Source of the DNA: Dehalococcoidia bacterium
GTDB lineage: Bacteria > Chloroflexota > Dehalococcoidia > GIF9 > AB-539-J10
Length of the DNA stretch: 64,000 nucleotides
Direction: 5' to 3'
Assembly (NCBI GenBank): GCA_023229725.1
Contig: JALNYR010000001.1
Coordinates: 9,292 to 73,291 of the forward strand
Shown here: piece after piece, positions 16,423 through 23,813 of the stretch
Layout: the number at the start of each line of letters is the position of its first letter
Position numbering within the stretch: the first letter of the stretch is position 1
Notes under the pieces: generated by a model
What the model saw: only the letters and a program-made list of their open reading frames with translations
Told to the model about the DNA's origin: nothing
Database searches by the model: none
Translations under genes and position numbers: made by a program

Positions 16423-18621
16423 ATGAGTCTCAACAGGTCAGACAACGACGGCGGAACCTGGGGCATCGCGATGACGTCGCACGGACCGCTCGACATGACG
16501 CAGTCGAAGTCGGACGGAACCCCGGCGATCTTCTCGAAGCACCAGGGGCTCAAGCCGTTGGGCGATGTGAGTCGCATCCGCGCGTTCATCAACGAGTGCA
16601 TCGAGAACGCGAAGCGGGCACAGGGTGGTGTGCTGCCGCAGGTCATTGAGATGGAGGTTTCGGACGGCCACGGGGGAGTCGTCTCGGAGCATCTGCTCGT
16701 TCCGGTGGCGCTCGGTTCGACCACGATCCTGACGCTGCAGCAGGCCGCGGCGACAGGAATCGGCGCCTTCACCGGGGTCGTCTCGCGTCTGGAGGACGTG
16801 AGCTATCTGCGGCAGGCCTCGGTGTATGAGGGGATGTTCCGTGCAGAGCATCCGGACGCGGACGAGGCCGCGGTTCGCACGGCGCTCGCGAAGTTCCGGC
16901 AGGACAGCGGCACGACAGAGCCGAACCCCGCCGGGATGGAGGAGGAGCTCCGGGGCATGCTGGTCGCGGATGGCGCGACGCCAGATGCCGCGCGAGCCAC
17001 CGTCGCCCAGGCAACCTCCGCGCTCCGCGGCAACTCCGACGACGTGAGCGCGCTCACGACCACGCAGAACTATGCCGCCCTCGCGACGGTGCTCTCCTCG
17101 GTGGCGTCCGTGTCCCTCACCGCCGCGATGGAGGAGCCGGACTATCTCCAGGCGAACGATAAGCTCGACACGGCAGTGCGAGTGCTCAACACGATCACCA
17201 CGGTTTTCGACGCGGTCTCTGCCATCTCGTCGCTCGTGTCGGCCACCGGAGCTGGTGCCATCGTCGCCGTCGTCTTCGAGATCCTCGCGCTCGTCTGCCG
17301 GTTTATCACCTGGCTGCTCGACGTGATCCGGGACTACACGATCTCGCCGCTCGAGGGCTGGGACAAGGAGTGGGACGGCACCGACTGCACGCTCATCTTG
17401 AAGGAGCGGCTCCGCATCCTCGTCCAGATCGACGAGACCATCATCGACAGCTCGGCCACGGGCTGGCAGAAGCACTGGGCTGACGCGATGGAGCGGTTGG
17501 GCCACAACGCGGACGCTCAGTTCAACCTGCTCACGAACATGATCTACGACACGGCCTGGGCTCGCGGTGAGGAGCGGATCGCGGCGGCGAAGGCAATCGC
17601 GCAGACCCTGGGTGGCCGGGCCGCGACGAAGTCGTTCAACGAGTGCGATGACATCGCGAACTGGCTCGGGTACATCGGCGTGCCGGCCGACGACGTGTAC
17701 ACCATCCGGACGTGGCTCTACGAGGCCCGGAAGGTCACGGTCGTGCAGGCTCGGCGGAACCGGCTGCGCAGCATGGTGGGCGACGCGCCGCATGGCGGCG
17801 TGAGCGGGTACGGCGTCGAGTACACCGGCAACATGGTCAACTACCTTCACAGCGAGGGGAAGGACTGCCCGAACGATCGTGAGTCTCGTTGCCACGTCCT
17901 GGGAGGCGATGGGTACTACTGCCAGACGAACTTCCGGGCCGGCGCAGACCCCTGGTATCGGGACTGCCGGAACATCGACATTTCCAGCAGCTCGCAGTTC
18001 GTGCCGTTCTCGATCCAGCAGCTCGACGCGCTCTGGGATGAGCTCCGAAACAAGCTCCGCGTGTCTCGCTCGTGGCCGGCGCCGGTCAGCCCGCCGCTCA
18101 CCTTCAAGGACTTCATCCTGTCGGCGCCGCGGCAGCTCTCGCTCTTCAAGATGCTCGCCCCGGGCGCGAGCTCGGCGCAGATCGACCAGTTCGCCATCCT
18201 CGACGTCGGCACTCCGCAGTATCGCCGCGCCGCGGTGGTCCTCCGCGGCGTGCCCGACTCGGTGCTCGCGCCCGAGGTCATCTCAGCGAGCCGACGCATC
18301 ACGGCCGGCGGCGAGACCATGCGGCTGTGGTGGGCCGACACGTGGTTCATCTCGAACGGCACGGTCTTCCTCTACGTCCATTACCTTCCTGTGGACGCCG
18401 GCAGGCGCGGCTACGTCGCCGAGGGCATCCCCGCTTCGGACTCGTTCCTGCGATCGGCCTCGGACGCGGACCTGCAGCGGAAGCTCTACGACCAGCTCGG
18501 CATCGGAACGATGTCTGGTCTGAGCGGTACGAGCGGCTCCGGGGGAGGCGGCGGGACCGCGCTCGTCGTGGGCGGCGCCGTCGTGGCCGGTATCGCCGCT
18601 GCGCTCCTCCTCAAGAAGTAG
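16423..18621 (+). CDS. large protein with internal hydrophobic segment and C-terminal membrane anchor
   Basis: 732 aa. GAGAIVAVVFEILALVCRFITWLL internal segment. Ends GSGGGGGTALVVGGAVVAGIAAALLLKK. Confidence 0.7.
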   Translation: MSLNRSDNDGGTWGIAMTSHGPLDMTQSKSDGTPAIFSKHQGLKPLGDVSRIRAFINECIENAKRAQGGVLPQVIEMEVSDGHGGVVSEHLLVPVALGSTTILTLQQAAATGIGAFTGVVSRLEDVSYLRQASVYEGMFRAEHPDADEAAVRTALAKFRQDSGTTEPNPAGMEEELRGMLVADGATPDAARATVAQATSALRGNSDDVSALTTTQNYAALATVLSSVASVSLTAAMEEPDYLQANDKLDTAVRVLNTITTVFDAVSAISSLVSATGAGAIVAVVFEILALVCRFITWLLDVIRDYTISPLEGWDKEWDGTDCTLILKERLRILVQIDETIIDSSATGWQKHWADAMERLGHNADAQFNLLTNMIYDTAWARGEERIAAAKAIAQTLGGRAATKSFNECDDIANWLGYIGVPADDVYTIRTWLYEARKVTVVQARRNRLRSMVGDAPHGGVSGYGVEYTGNMVNYLHSEGKDCPNDRESRCHVLGGDGYYCQTNFRAGADPWYRDCRNIDISSSSQFVPFSIQQLDALWDELRNKLRVSRSWPAPVSPPLTFKDFILSAPRQLSLFKMLAPGASSAQIDQFAILDVGTPQYRRAAVVLRGVPDSVLAPEVISASRRITAGGETMRLWWADTWFISNGTVFLYVHYLPVDAGRRGYVAEGIPASDSFLRSASDADLQRKLYDQLGIGTMSGLSGTSGSGGGGGTALVVGGAVVAGIAAALLLKK

Positions 18622-18714
18622 CGCACACGCCCTCACCAAGTTCCCTACCTTTTCAGTCTCGTGATTCACTTCACCTTGCTCAACGTGCTGGAAGGTCCAG
18701 CGAAGGAGGAAGAG

Positions 18715-18864
18715 ATGGCGAAGTCGAGGAAGCGCAGCACCCGGTGCAAGAGCATCGGCGTCCGCAAGATCTGCATGCGGCCGGCGAAGGGCGGACGGAA
18801 AGTGTTCTGCAAGTGCCCCGGCAGCAGCAAGCCGCGTCGGCGTGGCAGGGGCAAGCGGCGCTAG
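18715..18864 (+). CDS. tiny basic Cys protein (STRCK...CM...FCKCP type)
   Basis: 49 aa: MAKSRKRSTRCKSIGVRKICMRPAKGGRKVFCKCPGSSKPRRRGRGKRR. RBS gaaggaggaagag. Paralog of 23109..23282. Confidence 0.6.
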   Translation: MAKSRKRSTRCKSIGVRKICMRPAKGGRKVFCKCPGSSKPRRRGRGKRR

Positions 18865-18920
18865 CGCGTCGCGATCACAGGCGAACTCGAGAAGAACGAA
18901 GGACAGCGAGGTAAGGACAC

Positions 18921-19364
18921 ATGAAGGGTCAGCGAAAGTTCTCGACCTCCGGCACCTCGTACCTGAGCCTCGCGGACGCGGGGCTGGGTGCGGCGGCCGG
19001 ATTCCTGGTTCCGGTGGTGGCGAACAAGTTCATGGAGTCGTGGACGACGAAGCCCACGTTCGTCGCCGACAACCAGTCCATGGTGGCGGCAGCCATCGGC
19101 GTCGCGGTCGCGATCCCGGTGTACTACTGGCGTGGTCTCGCCCCCGCGATCATCGCGGCGGCGATGGCGCTGGTGTACGGCATCGGGCCGCAGATCACGA
19201 CCTGGGTCAACGAGCTCGGCCAGAGCGGGTTCGGCGGCGCCCAGATGGGCTCCGGGCGCGCGGTGGGCCTGCTCCAGCAGGCGTCGCGCCAGCGAAACGC
19301 GGTGGGTGCGTTGCAGTCCGTGCCGCGCCGTCGTTCGAGGGAGTTCGCCGGGCACTCGGACTGA
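18921..19364 (+). CDS. membrane protein (three hydrophobic helices)
   Basis: 147 aa. GLGAAAGFLVPVVANKF, MVAAAIGVAVAIPVYYW, LAPAIIAAAMALVYGIG. Confidence 0.65.
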   Translation: MKGQRKFSTSGTSYLSLADAGLGAAAGFLVPVVANKFMESWTTKPTFVADNQSMVAAAIGVAVAIPVYYWRGLAPAIIAAAMALVYGIGPQITTWVNELGQSGFGGAQMGSGRAVGLLQQASRQRNAVGALQSVPRRRSREFAGHSD

Positions 19365-19419
19365 GCGCACGGTGACGTGAGAGTCTGAAGAAGGAAAAGA
19401 AGGAGAAGAGGAGAAGATC

Positions 19420-20025
19420 ATGGCTTACACACCGTTCACCGTGAAGGACGCCGGCGGGCGACCCATTCCCGTCGAGGACTATGTCGATAGGCAGGTCTGG
19501 TCCGGCGCCAATATCGCGAGCTCGGCCTCGGCCGACGTGACCATGTTCAAGTTCAGCAAGGGCGAGTCCGTCGCCGCTTCCGGCACCGCGAGCGCGGTCA
19601 CCGGCGACTTCCGCCACACCAACGTGCAGTACAAGGGCACGATGCCGCAGACCGATGGCCTCGAGGTCAGGACCGTCGCCTACGAGTTCCCGCCCGATGT
19701 GACGCTCACCGCGCTGCAGCAGCTCTCCGAGCGCATCTGGACCGAGTTCTATTTCGGTTCCGAGCGCCCGAGCTACGCGTTCCTCGCGCGCCACGCGCCG
19801 CCTGGCACCGGCCTCTGGGGCGTCACGACGGTCACGGCCGTGTCGATGTACAACGTCGGCGAGCCCAACCCGTCGCACCGCCTGAAGTTCAACATCCCGC
19901 TCATCCTGCGCCCCGGTGACCAGTTCCGCGCCGACATCCGCATCCAAGGCGGCGCCCTCACGACGGCCGCGGCCGACGTGTTCATGCGCCTCGTCCTCCG
20001 TGGCTCCGGCCCGACCGCCGTCTGA
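19420..20025 (+). CDS. beta-rich structural-type protein P1 (single module)
   Basis: 201 aa. Preceded by an unusually long purine-rich leader gaagaaggaaaagaaggagaagaggagaagatc. C-terminal LKFNIPLILRPGDQFRADIRI...FMRLVLRG motif is shared with P2 and P3. Confidence 0.7.
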   Translation: MAYTPFTVKDAGGRPIPVEDYVDRQVWSGANIASSASADVTMFKFSKGESVAASGTASAVTGDFRHTNVQYKGTMPQTDGLEVRTVAYEFPPDVTLTALQQLSERIWTEFYFGSERPSYAFLARHAPPGTGLWGVTTVTAVSMYNVGEPNPSHRLKFNIPLILRPGDQFRADIRIQGGALTTAAADVFMRLVLRGSGPTAV

Positions 20026-20066
20026 GCAGCCCGCTCGGTCGTCGAAACCCCACCAGCCACTTCAAG

Positions 20067-20096
20067 TTCCCCCGCGCGAAGACATCGCTCTACACT
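20067..20096 (+). promoter_or_regulatory. candidate leaderless-type promoter (-10 TACACT, 6 nt, ATG 20103; weak -35 TTCCCC)
   Basis: TACACT 20091-20096, then tctcgc and ATG. Confidence 0.35.
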
Positions 20097-20102
20097 TCTC
20101 GC

Positions 20103-20897
20103 ATGACAGAGCAGCGTTACTTCGTCCCGTGGGCCCAGGCGGAACAGATCGACGTCGCAGCGAGCACCTACTTCAAGAACAGCTCGCCGTCGCTCTGGAA
20201 GAACAACCTCGACCAGCCGATCCACGTGACGCATCTGCTCGTCGACTCGAACAGCGTCACGACCGCGTCGATCAAGGTGGGCAAGCAGGGGCGCAGCCGC
20301 ATCGTCGATTCCTACGTCTCGACGCTCGCGCTCCACAACATCGAGCGGCTCTCGAACCAAGCGACCGACAGCGCGGCGCCGCTCTGGAAGTTCGACAAGC
20401 GCTACCCCGTGATCGTCTCGCCGCAGCAGATCTTCCAGGTCGAGATGACCGATCTGGCGGGCGCCATCCGCTACGTGAACGTCCAGTTCCACGGCTACCG
20501 GCTCTGCGACCCCTCCGAGCCCGTGGTTCTCGCGGAGCGGGTGACCCTCGCGTCCCTCGGGAACATCACCGCGCTCGTCAAGACCGACCCGAAGAGCCCC
20601 ATCATCATCACCGACTTCGGGTTCTACTGCGAGGAGACCGGCACCGCGGCGCTGCTCCGCGGCTTGAAGACGCGCGTGACTGAGGGCGGCCTGCCGCCTT
20701 GGATGAACATGTTCATTCGCGGCACGGTGCTCTTCCCGAACCGGCAGGGCGGCGCGGCCATTCTCGAACTGGCGCCCGACGATCTCTTGATCCAGCCCGG
20801 TGAGGTGCTCGAGTTCGAGGTGATCGACACCTCGGCCGCGGCCGTGACGGTCTACGTCGGCGCGGTGGGCTACACGGAGGATCGGAGGAGTCGATGA
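20103..20897 (+). CDS. beta-rich structural-type protein P2 (two modules)
   Basis: 264 aa. Mid LWKFDKRYPVIVSPQQIFQVEM...VNVQFHGY and C-terminal ILELAPDDLLIQPGEVLEFEVI...VTVYVGAVGY repeat the P1 motif. Confidence 0.7.
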   Translation: MTEQRYFVPWAQAEQIDVAASTYFKNSSPSLWKNNLDQPIHVTHLLVDSNSVTTASIKVGKQGRSRIVDSYVSTLALHNIERLSNQATDSAAPLWKFDKRYPVIVSPQQIFQVEMTDLAGAIRYVNVQFHGYRLCDPSEPVVLAERVTLASLGNITALVKTDPKSPIIITDFGFYCEETGTAALLRGLKTRVTEGGLPPWMNMFIRGTVLFPNRQGGAAILELAPDDLLIQPGEVLEFEVIDTSAAAVTVYVGAVGYTEDRRSR

Positions 20898-21757
20898 CGA
20901 CGCCTCGGCTAGACCAGGGGCGGTGGCTCCCGAACCTGCAGATGTACGCCGGCAGCACTGTCGCGGTGAACGCCGCGGCGAAGACGTTCCCTGGTGAGGT
21001 CGGCGTCTCGAAGGACCCGCTCAAGAACGACACGCAGTCGCCACTGATCGTGCGGGCGTTCTCCTGCACCGTCGGCTGGACGATCGCGCGGGCCAGCGTC
21101 GCAACGCCGCTGATCTTCGACGTGACGGTCAACACCATGCGCCGCGGGAGCTACAAGATCCAGCAGCAGAGCGTGCAGTACGCGCCGCACGTGAACTTCG
21201 TCACCGGGCTCTACGGCTCGCTCAACACGGCCGTGCGGCCCTACGTGTGGAAGTTCGCCGTGCCGGCGCTCCTCCAGCGCGGAGAGACGATCCTCTTCGA
21301 GTACGGCAACGTTTCGAGCGAGTCGGTCTTCGTGTGGTCGAGCTCGCAGGCGAAGGCCTCGAAGTACAGCATCCGCTGCCGCGGCAAGGTCACAGGCGAC
21401 CTCGTGCTCTTCGGCGGCGGCGGGACGCCCACGGCAGGTGACCGCCTCGTCGGCGTCCACCAGAACCTTACCGACGAGGACCTCGAGATCCTCTCGGTGA
21501 CGATGGTGGTCGGAACCGCGACCTCCGACCGGCCGATCTTCAACATGGAGATCGCGGGCCGCCGCATCTCCCGCGGCGAGCGCCCCTTCTGGCTCTTCGC
21601 CGAGCCGTTCACCTACGGGCGGTTCCTCTTCGACCGGCTCCCGGAAGGCGGGCTCGTGCTCATGCCGGGCGACAACTTCGAGGTCTCCGTGCAGAACCCG
21701 CAGTACACGAGCCTCACCGTGACGTTGGGCCTCGAGGCCTACCAGCAGGTGACGTGA
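20894..21757 (+). CDS. beta-rich structural-type protein P3 (two modules)
   Basis: 287 aa. VWKFAVPALLQRGETILFEY...SIRCRGKV and FLFDRLPEGGLVLMPGDNFEVSV...LTVTLGLEAY. ATGA overlap with P2. Confidence 0.7.
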   Translation: MTTPRLDQGRWLPNLQMYAGSTVAVNAAAKTFPGEVGVSKDPLKNDTQSPLIVRAFSCTVGWTIARASVATPLIFDVTVNTMRRGSYKIQQQSVQYAPHVNFVTGLYGSLNTAVRPYVWKFAVPALLQRGETILFEYGNVSSESVFVWSSSQAKASKYSIRCRGKVTGDLVLFGGGGTPTAGDRLVGVHQNLTDEDLEILSVTMVVGTATSDRPIFNMEIAGRRISRGERPFWLFAEPFTYGRFLFDRLPEGGLVLMPGDNFEVSVQNPQYTSLTVTLGLEAYQQVT

Positions 21758-22026
21758 TGCAGACGAGGACCTTCAACATCGCGCCCGGCGCCGCGGAAGA
21801 GATCGTGCTCGACCGCCCGGTCGCCATGACGCTGCTCATGACGAGCGACGACGACGTGGCCTGGCTCATGACCACCGAGGGTCCGCTCGACGTCGAGCGG
21901 GCCGTGCGCCTCGACAAGTCGCAGTGCCCCTTCACCAGCATTTGGGATGGGCTCCTCGTCATTCACTCGCCGTCGCAGGGCAGCCGCACCATTCAGGTAT
22001 CGCTCGCCATCGGAGGTGCCGCGTGA
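21754..22026 (+). CDS. small beta-rich protein
   Basis: 90 aa. FNIAPGAAEEIVLDRPVAMTLLM resembles the P1-P3 motif. Overlaps both neighbours. Confidence 0.6.
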   Translation: MMQTRTFNIAPGAAEEIVLDRPVAMTLLMTSDDDVAWLMTTEGPLDVERAVRLDKSQCPFTSIWDGLLVIHSPSQGSRTIQVSLAIGGAA

Positions 22027-22853
22027 GCTGGCGAACGTGGCTGCGGCAGACCGCCATCCGGCTCGGAATCGCCGAGCAGGGCTCGATCGCCGTCGAGGAC
22101 GGGCTCGACTACCTCGCGATGCTCGAGGAGCGGGCGAACGCGCTCCGCGTCGGCCTCCTCGAGACGGCCACGACGAGGCACCTCTACGTCGAGGAGGCGA
22201 CCGCCTACGACGTCGCCCGCGGCAACCTGCTCGCGACGACCAAGGCGATGCACTCGGAGCTCCTCGCGATGGGCGTGCCCGGCCAGCAGCTCCCGCGCGT
22301 CGTCATGCTCGGCCCGCTGCCCGCCGCCGTCCTCCAGGGCGTCACGCTCGCCCCGTCAGGCGCGATCTCGCCGGCCGCAGGCGGCGCGCTCGGCGCCATT
22401 CGAGTCGGGCCGCGCGGCGTGCCCGCGCACGTCTTCGACGCGGGCCCAGACACGGTCGGCGTGCTCAAGGGCCTCACCATCGGCGTCGCGGTCCAGTACG
22501 GGCTCGTGGTCATCGGCATCCTCGCCGCCGGCGCTGTGCTCACCTACTACCTGACGCGGCTCTTCAGCCCGGAGATTGCGCTCCAGCAGGCGGTCACGGA
22601 CCACGACCTGGGCGTCGCGGAGAACCTCCGCGACGTGCTCACCGAGTACGAACGAACGCGGCAGGCCGCGCTCGAGTCGGGCGTCGACCCGAACACGCTG
22701 CCGCCTCCGGACGTGAGCGGCTTCGCGACGCTCGCCACAGGAAATCCGCTCGCGGCAGGGCTCTCGAGCGTGAAGGGCCTCGCCATAGTGGCCTTCGCGA
22801 TCGGCGCGCTTTTCGTAGGGTACAAGATCTACAAGGACAGAAGGGAAGGTTGA
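22023..22853 (+). CDS. membrane protein with C-terminal anchor
   Basis: GTG 22023 (GTGA overlap; ORF track starts at 21924). YGLVVIGILAAGAVLTYYL, and ends GLAIVAFAIGALFVGYKIYKDRREG. Confidence 0.6.
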   Translation: MSWRTWLRQTAIRLGIAEQGSIAVEDGLDYLAMLEERANALRVGLLETATTRHLYVEEATAYDVARGNLLATTKAMHSELLAMGVPGQQLPRVVMLGPLPAAVLQGVTLAPSGAISPAAGGALGAIRVGPRGVPAHVFDAGPDTVGVLKGLTIGVAVQYGLVVIGILAAGAVLTYYLTRLFSPEIALQQAVTDHDLGVAENLRDVLTEYERTRQAALESGVDPNTLPPPDVSGFATLATGNPLAAGLSSVKGLAIVAFAIGALFVGYKIYKDRREG

Positions 22854-22855
22854 TC

Positions 22856-23083
22856 ATGGCACGGAGAAAAGGTGGCAAGTGGGCAGGCAAGCGGCGGTAC
22901 TGCGTGAGCGCGGGAGCGCCGGGCTTCGGGCAGCGGATCATGGCGTGCTTCTACAAGAAGTCGAACGCCACGAAGAAGTGCAAGGCGCTCCGCGCCTCCG
23001 GCAACCGCTGCAAGGTCATCGGCAAGGCGAAGGGCTCGCACGCCGGCCTGAAGTGCTGCTCGTGGCGGAAGAAGTGCCGGTAG
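22856..23083 (+). CDS. tiny basic protein, C-x6-A-x3-C-x6-G-x2-C-x-V family
   Basis: 75 aa from ATG 22856 inside ORF-track ORF 21947..23083. RBS gaagggaagg. Core ACFYKKSNATKKCKALRASGNRCKV. Confidence 0.6.
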   Translation: MARRKGGKWAGKRRYCVSAGAPGFGQRIMACFYKKSNATKKCKALRASGNRCKVIGKAKGSHAGLKCCSWRKKCR

Positions 23084-23108
23084 CCGTCTGCGGCTGAAGG
23101 AGAACATC

Positions 23109-23282
23109 ATGTCCAAGCGAAAAAGCACGCGCTGCAAGTACGCTGGTGTGACCGCGGCCGGAAAACCCTACTGCATGAAGCTCGGCCCGCGTGGCAGTGG
23201 CAAGACTGGGATGCGCTTCTGTAAGTGCCCCAAGTCGGTAGGCAGGCTCATGTCGCGCGACCCCTACGCCGGCTGGAAGTAG
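23109..23282 (+). CDS. tiny basic Cys protein (STRCK...CM...FCKCP type)
   Basis: 57 aa, below the ORF-track size cutoff: MSKRKSTRCKYAGVTAAGKPYCMKLGPRGSGKTGMRFCKCPKSVGRLMSRDPYAGWK. RBS gaaggagaac. Confidence 0.55.
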   Translation: MSKRKSTRCKYAGVTAAGKPYCMKLGPRGSGKTGMRFCKCPKSVGRLMSRDPYAGWK

Positions 23283-23308
23283 ACACTTCCACCTCGCTGC
23301 GCTACGAT
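23280..23308 (+). promoter_or_regulatory. promoter for leaderless mRNA (-35 TAGACA, 17 nt, -10 TACGAT, 6 nt, ATG 23315)
   Basis: TAGACA 23280-23285 (overlaps stop of upstream gene), TACGAT 23303-23308. Confidence 0.5.
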
Positions 23309-23314
23309 CCTCCC

Positions 23315-23521
23315 ATGGCAGTCCGCTACACGAAGCGCACGGCGCCGCGGAAGGGTGGCATCCTCGGGAACCTCCTCGGGCTCGTAGGAGACCTCGCTCT
23401 CTCCGCAGGCCAGAACGTCAAGCAAGCCGCATCGGCAGCCTCGGCCGGCCAGGTCACGCACAAGCCCTGCAACGCCTGCACGGCGCCCGCGGCGCCCCCG
23501 TCGAACGGCGGCGCCGCGTGA
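23315..23521 (+). CDS. small hypothetical protein
   Basis: 68 aa: MAVRYTKRTAPRKGGILGNLLGLVGDLALSAG... The ATG sits 6 nt after the -10-like hexamer. Confidence 0.5.
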   Translation: MAVRYTKRTAPRKGGILGNLLGLVGDLALSAGQNVKQAASAASAGQVTHKPCNACTAPAAPPSNGGAA

Positions 23522-23763
23522 GCCAGAACCCAGGGCCGGCGCAGCCGAACGAGCGGCGTGTCGAGGGCCGGTGCATGGCCTGTGGCTTCGAGGGCGATGT
23601 CATCGAGCGCACCATCGGCGCTGGGTTGAAGATCACGATGTGCGACCGCTGCTCGTTCGCCGGCCAGCAGGCGCTCGCGCTCGCGCAGACAGTGCGCCCG
23701 TTCGTCCCCATCGCGCAGAAGTTCCTCGGTGGTCTGCTGAACGCCATCGTGCCGCGCCGGTAA
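23518..23763 (+). CDS. small zinc-ribbon protein
   Basis: 81 aa. CMACG ... CDRC. Confidence 0.55.
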   Translation: MSQNPGPAQPNERRVEGRCMACGFEGDVIERTIGAGLKITMCDRCSFAGQQALALAQTVRPFVPIAQKFLGGLLNAIVPRR

Positions 23764-23798
23764 TCGAGCGCCAGCACTGGCGGTTATACGTTTGCATG

Positions 23799-23807
23799 TG
23801 GTAGCCT
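23799..23807 (+). promoter_or_regulatory. extended -10 element (TGgTAGCCT), 6 nt before ATG 23814
   Basis: TG 23799-23800, TAGCCT 23802-23807. No good -35; that position is occupied by GGTTATACG (23782-23790). Confidence 0.35.
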
Positions 23808-23813
23808 CACCAC

